Below, in pieces: positions 49,856 to 52,319 of a stretch of 52,319 nt of DNA. A model generated the notes under the pieces. The model saw only the letters and a list, made by a program, of their open reading frames with translations. It was not told where the DNA came from and searched no databases. The DNA is taken from NCBI GenBank assembly GCA_944332725.1, contig CALVKO010000002.1:1-52319 (forward strand), written 5' to 3'. The stretch is from an uncultured Bacilli bacterium. GTDB lineage: Bacteria; Bacillota_I; Bacilli_A; RF39; UBA660. Numbering within the stretch: position 1 is the first letter of the stretch; each line of letters opens with the position of its first letter. The position numbers were made by a program, and so were the translations under genes.

Positions 49856-50716
49856 TTATAACAACATATCTTTAATTTTTTTTACTGATAATCCTGTTAA
49901 TTTTGATATTGTTTCGATATTCATATCAGCTTCTAACATATTTTTAGCTGTTTGTAATAATCCTTCCAAAATTCCTGCCTTTTTGCCTTCAACGATGCCT
50001 ACTTTTTTACCTTCAACTATACCTTTCTTCATCCCTTTTTCTTCGGCTTCACTCCTTATATAATTTTCTCGCATTTCCCTTTCTTGTTCTGGACTAAACC
50101 ATTTTACTACTAATTCATCTTTGTTTGCTTCTTCTACACTTTTTTTAAATTCTTTCACTATCTCATTCCTTTCACTTAATTTATTTAATTCCTCTAATTC
50201 TAATCCTAACATTACATATATCTCTTCTTCTTTTGTTAACTTATAATTATTATAATACTTTTTAACATAAAAGTCTATATTTAAATTCTTTATTTCTATT
50301 TTTGTTGTTATTTTTTTATTAGTCATTAAATTTACTATTGCTATATCTTCAATGCCTTTACTTTTTCTTCCAAAATTAATATTTATTTGTCTTACTTTTC
50401 CTTTTAGAGTTTCTTTATATTTTTCACTTTTATCTAAACATAGTTTAAAGACATATAATAAATTTCTTTCTTTTACATATTTATTATATTTGGAATTTAA
50501 TTCAACATTTATATATTCATCATCGGCTTTAATTAATAAATCTAATTTTTGACCGATATTATAAATATTATCTTTAATTAAATTAGGATTTAATATTACA
50601 AATTCATTATATTTTCTATTTAATATTTGTTCAATTATTTGTTTTATTACTTGCTTATTTTTTACTACTGCATACATAAATATAACTTCGTATTTAGCAG
50701 TTAATATTTTTTTCAT
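49856..50716 (-). CDS. Rpn-family PD-(D/E)XK recombination-promoting nuclease / putative transposase
   Basis: GQKLDLLIKADDEYINVELNS core and the C-terminal repeats KGIVEGKKVGIVEGKKAGILEG...ISKLTGLSVKKIKDM typical of Rpn/YhgA-like proteins. Confidence 0.7.
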   Translation of the reverse strand: MKKILTAKYEVIFMYAVVKNKQVIKQIIEQILNRKYNEFVILNPNLIKDNIYNIGQKLDLLIKADDEYINVELNSKYNKYVKERNLLYVFKLCLDKSEKYKETLKGKVRQININFGRKSKGIEDIAIVNLMTNKKITTKIEIKNLNIDFYVKKYYNNYKLTKEEEIYVMLGLELEELNKLSERNEIVKEFKKSVEEANKDELVVKWFSPEQEREMRENYIRSEAEEKGMKKGIVEGKKVGIVEGKKAGILEGLLQTAKNMLEADMNIETISKLTGLSVKKIKDMLL

Positions 50717-50723
50717 AAAATTG

Positions 50724-50802
50724 CCTCCTACTAGTTATATACGACAAAAGTAAGTAGAAATCCTGCAAAATATAAAAAAAACTGTAATTTCTTACAATTT
50801 TA
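50724..50802. repeat. ~80-bp intergenic module, copy B (rplT stop to rpn RBS)
   Basis: See copy A at 10692-10771. The central hairpin is degenerate in this copy. Confidence 0.8.
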
Positions 50803-51309
50803 TTTTAATGCTTCTAATAATTCATTTTTTTTCATAGTTGAATAACCTTCAACATTTTTTTCTTTAGCTAATTCTCTTAATTCAGCAACTGTTTTACTAG
50901 ATAAATCACTTTTTACTTCTTTAATTTCTTTTTTTGCAGTTTTAGTTACTTTTCCTTCTAAAGCATCTTTTGCGACTTTAACTAATTCTGTAAAAGATGA
51001 TGGATTATCGATAGCTATTTCACTTAACATTTTACGATTAATATCAATTTCGGCTTTAGTTAAACCATTAATAAATTTTGAGTAACTAATATCATTTTGT
51101 CTACAAGCTGCATTAATTCTTGTAATCCATAATTTACGGAAATCTCTTTTCTTTTGTTTTCTATCACGATAAGCATATTTGCCTGAATGCATTACTTGTT
51201 CATTAGCACTACGATATAATCTATGTTTGCTACCAAAGTAACCTTTAGCTTGTTTCATTACTTTTTTATGTCTAGCACGACTAATAGTTCCGCCCTTAAC
51301 TCTTGCCAT
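50800..51309 (-). CDS. rplT: 50S ribosomal protein L20 with a ~50-aa C-terminal extension
   Basis: [17 protein letters not shown]...[14 protein letters not shown] is the L20 core. It is followed by a K-rich linker and [31 protein letters not shown]. Confidence 0.95.
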   Translation of the reverse strand: MARVKGGTISRARHKKVMKQAKGYFGSKHRLYRSANEQVMHSGKYAYRDRKQKKRDFRKLWITRINAACRQNDISYSKFINGLTKAEIDINRKMLSEIAIDNPSSFTELVKVAKDALEGKVTKTAKKEIKEVKSDLSSKTVAELRELAKEKNVEGYSTMKKNELLEALK

Positions 51310-51319
51310 AATTTACCTC

Positions 51320-51508
51320 CTATATTAAATCCTTAATTCTTTTGTAATCGCTATTACTTAATGTAGATGCTGTTCTACCTACTCTATTACTTGCAGCATT
51401 TTTCTTTCCAGTATTATGTCTTGTTCCTGGATGACCAATTTTAATAGTTCCACCTGGTCTTACTTTACATACTTTACTAGTACCTTTATGTGTTTTCATT
51501 TTTGGCAT
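51320..51508 (-). CDS. rpmI: 50S ribosomal protein L35
   Basis: MPKMKTHKGTSKV... Length 62 aa. Lies between infC and rplT. Confidence 0.95.
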   Translation of the reverse strand: MPKMKTHKGTSKVCKVRPGGTIKIGHPGTRHNTGKKNAASNRVGRTASTLSNSDYKRIKDLI

Positions 51509-51520
51509 AAATAATTCCTC

Positions 51521-52054
51521 CTATTTTTCTTTCTTTGGTCCTAAAATTAGTGACATAATTCGGCCATCTAATTTAGGTTGTTGTTCAATAATCGCTACAC
51601 TTTCCTGTGCAGTAGCAAAGCGCATTAAAACATCTTTTCCTAATTCTGGATGAGCCATTTCTCTTCCTCTAAATCTTATCGTTGCTTTAACTTTATGTCC
51701 TTTTTCTAAATACTTCGCACTATTTTTTACACGAGTATTAAAATCATGAACATCGATAGTTACTGATAAACGATATTCTTTCATTTCTAAGTTTGCTTCT
51801 CTTTGTTTTTTTAAATTCTCTTTAGTTCTTTTTTTATTTTCATATTTAAATTTATTGTAATCCATTATTTTACAAACTGGCGGATTACCATTTGGATTAA
51901 TTAAAACTAAATCGAATCCTGCATAACTAGCTAAAGTTAAGGCATCCTTAATATTTTTTGTTCCTAATTGTTCACCCTTAGGACCTATTACCATAACCTC
52001 TTTAGCCCTTATTTGTTCGTTAATTAATGAATCTTTTGATTTATTTGCGATAAT
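51521..52054 (-). CDS. infC: Translation initiation factor IF-3, probable ATT start
   Basis: IANKSKDSLINEQIRAKEVMVIGPKGEQLG... is the IF-3 N-terminus. GGAGGTG precedes the ATT at 52054. The ATG at 52111 would add a non-homologous hydrophobic extension. Confidence 0.85.
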   Translation of the reverse strand: MIANKSKDSLINEQIRAKEVMVIGPKGEQLGTKNIKDALTLASYAGFDLVLINPNGNPPVCKIMDYNKFKYENKKRTKENLKKQREANLEMKEYRLSVTIDVHDFNTRVKNSAKYLEKGHKVKATIRFRGREMAHPELGKDVLMRFATAQESVAIIEQQPKLDGRIMSLILGPKKEK

Positions 52055-52064
52055 TGACACCTCC

Positions 52065-52183
52065 AACAATAAAAAAGTAGACACGAACAGTATCCACCTA
52101 TATAAACGCAAAAAATAATGGCTTATAAACCCATAGCTAATGTGCTATCAGGTGGAGAATACTCGCTTTCCTTCTTCATTTCG
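52065..52183 (-). promoter_or_regulatory. Structured 5' leader of infC-rpmI-rplT (L20-leader-like)
   Basis: About 120 nt between the promoter and the RBS, relatively G+C-rich for this genome (GGTGGAGAATACTCGC, GCTATGGG). This position matches the L20 autoregulatory leader of Bacillota. The fold was not verified. Confidence 0.45.
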
Positions 52184-52189
52184 AATATA

Positions 52190-52217
52190 ATTATACCATT
52201 TATTATATGTTTGTCAA
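52190..52217 (-). promoter_or_regulatory. Promoter of the infC operon
   Basis: On the minus strand, TTGACA (52217-52212), 16-nt spacer, TGgTATAAT (-10 at 52195-52190). Confidence 0.65.
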
Positions 52218-52242
52218 GCATTTTTATTAACTTTGGATTTAA

Positions 52243-52319
52243 TTTGTGAAAAATTAGTAAAAATGTTACATCATTAAAAATAAATAATTAGTGAAAATGT
52301 TACATAAAAAATATTAATG
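52243..52319. repeat. Right arm of the window-terminal inverted repeat
   Basis: 52252-52271 and 52283-52305 are reverse complements of 44-63 and 9-31. Confidence 0.85.

Noticed and set aside
1071-50552. All plus-strand ORFs in the track that lie antisense inside minus-strand genes: 1071-1253, 1411-1677, 2080-2385, 3209-3457, 3826-4029, 10959-11249, 11388-11804, 12504-12725, 17269-17871, 19204-19548, 22381-22614, 26343-26861, 26865-27050, 29083-29292, 29374-29643, 29980-30168, 30905-31153, 31650-31889, 36344-36535, 39065-39295, 46766-46948, 48254-48586 and 50352-50552.
   Set aside because: Each lies wholly within a well-supported gene on the other strand. They have low-complexity L/F/I/S/H-rich translations typical of shadow frames in AT-rich DNA, and no RBS or recognisable motif.
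52055-52111. Long N-terminal extension of infC from the ATG at 52111. Similar short extensions occur in the ORF track for the genes ending at 1338, 5900, 8038, 15786, 20578, 27727, 34480, 40295, 44660, 46100 and 49838.
   Set aside because: In each case, homology to the protein family begins at an internal start that has a better-placed GGAGG/GGTGA RBS. The upstream codons often contain that RBS.
52252-52305. Assigning the terminal-repeat units to a known regulator, for example a Rex-like GTGAA-n-TTCAC box in TAGTGAAAATGTTACAT.
   Set aside because: Only one half-site matches, the second half is TTACA rather than TTCAC, and the inner units read TAGTAAAAATG. Similarity in AT-rich DNA is too weak to name a factor.
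1-52319. Alternative genetic code (TGA=Trp, as in Mollicutes), considered because of the extreme AT-richness.
   Set aside because: Long family-length ORFs are obtained with the standard code. TGA also terminates genes exactly where homology ends, for example the Fic stop in the ATGA overlap with murF at 47655-47658.

Overview
Chromosomal segment of a very AT-rich bacterium (about one-quarter G+C by eye). It uses the standard genetic code: TGA acts as a stop, for example at the fic/murF ATGA junction. The spore markers gerQ, yabP and yabQ point to an endospore-forming Bacillota-type organism. I count about 57 coding genes, and all but seven are on the minus strand. No tRNA, rRNA or CRISPR array was seen.

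Core content:
- rpoD-dnaG and comEA-comEC.
- A division/cell-wall (dcw) cluster split into two blocks: murG-murB-divIB-ftsA-ftsZ at 10.7-15.8 kb, and fic-murF-murE-murE-mraY-yabP-yabQ-divIC at 41.3-48.6 kb.
- An orphan, divergently oriented mraZ.
- recD2.
- dnaE-pseudopilin-cvpA-trxA-rsmE-x-mtaB.
- rpmB, pyruvate:ferredoxin oxidoreductase, a GGDEF protein, pduL, gerQ and lemA.
- infC-rpmI-rplT with its leader.

Unusual or accessory content:
1. An unannotated type I toxin-antitoxin-like locus: a 30-aa hydrophobic peptide with a convergent sRNA, at about 20.7-21.0 kb.
2. A pilin-signal protein whose last ~65 codons and downstream hairpins are about 60% G+C in an otherwise AT-rich context, directly next to a two-ORF IS256-like element.
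3. A diverged duplicate of the module 'comEC 3' end + DUF1016 nuclease'. One nuclease copy is frameshifted at its catalytic motif.
4. Tandem murE paralogs, one with non-canonical motifs; a murF with a polytopic membrane N-terminus; and a Fic protein with His-to-Gln in the Fic motif, translationally coupled to murF.
5. Ribosomal protein L20 with a Rho_N/SAP-like C-terminal extension.
6. An ~80-bp intergenic module present twice.
7. A ~75-bp inverted repeat lying exactly at both window ends.

No complete, recognisable defence or secretion system was found. The novelty candidates are items 1-5.
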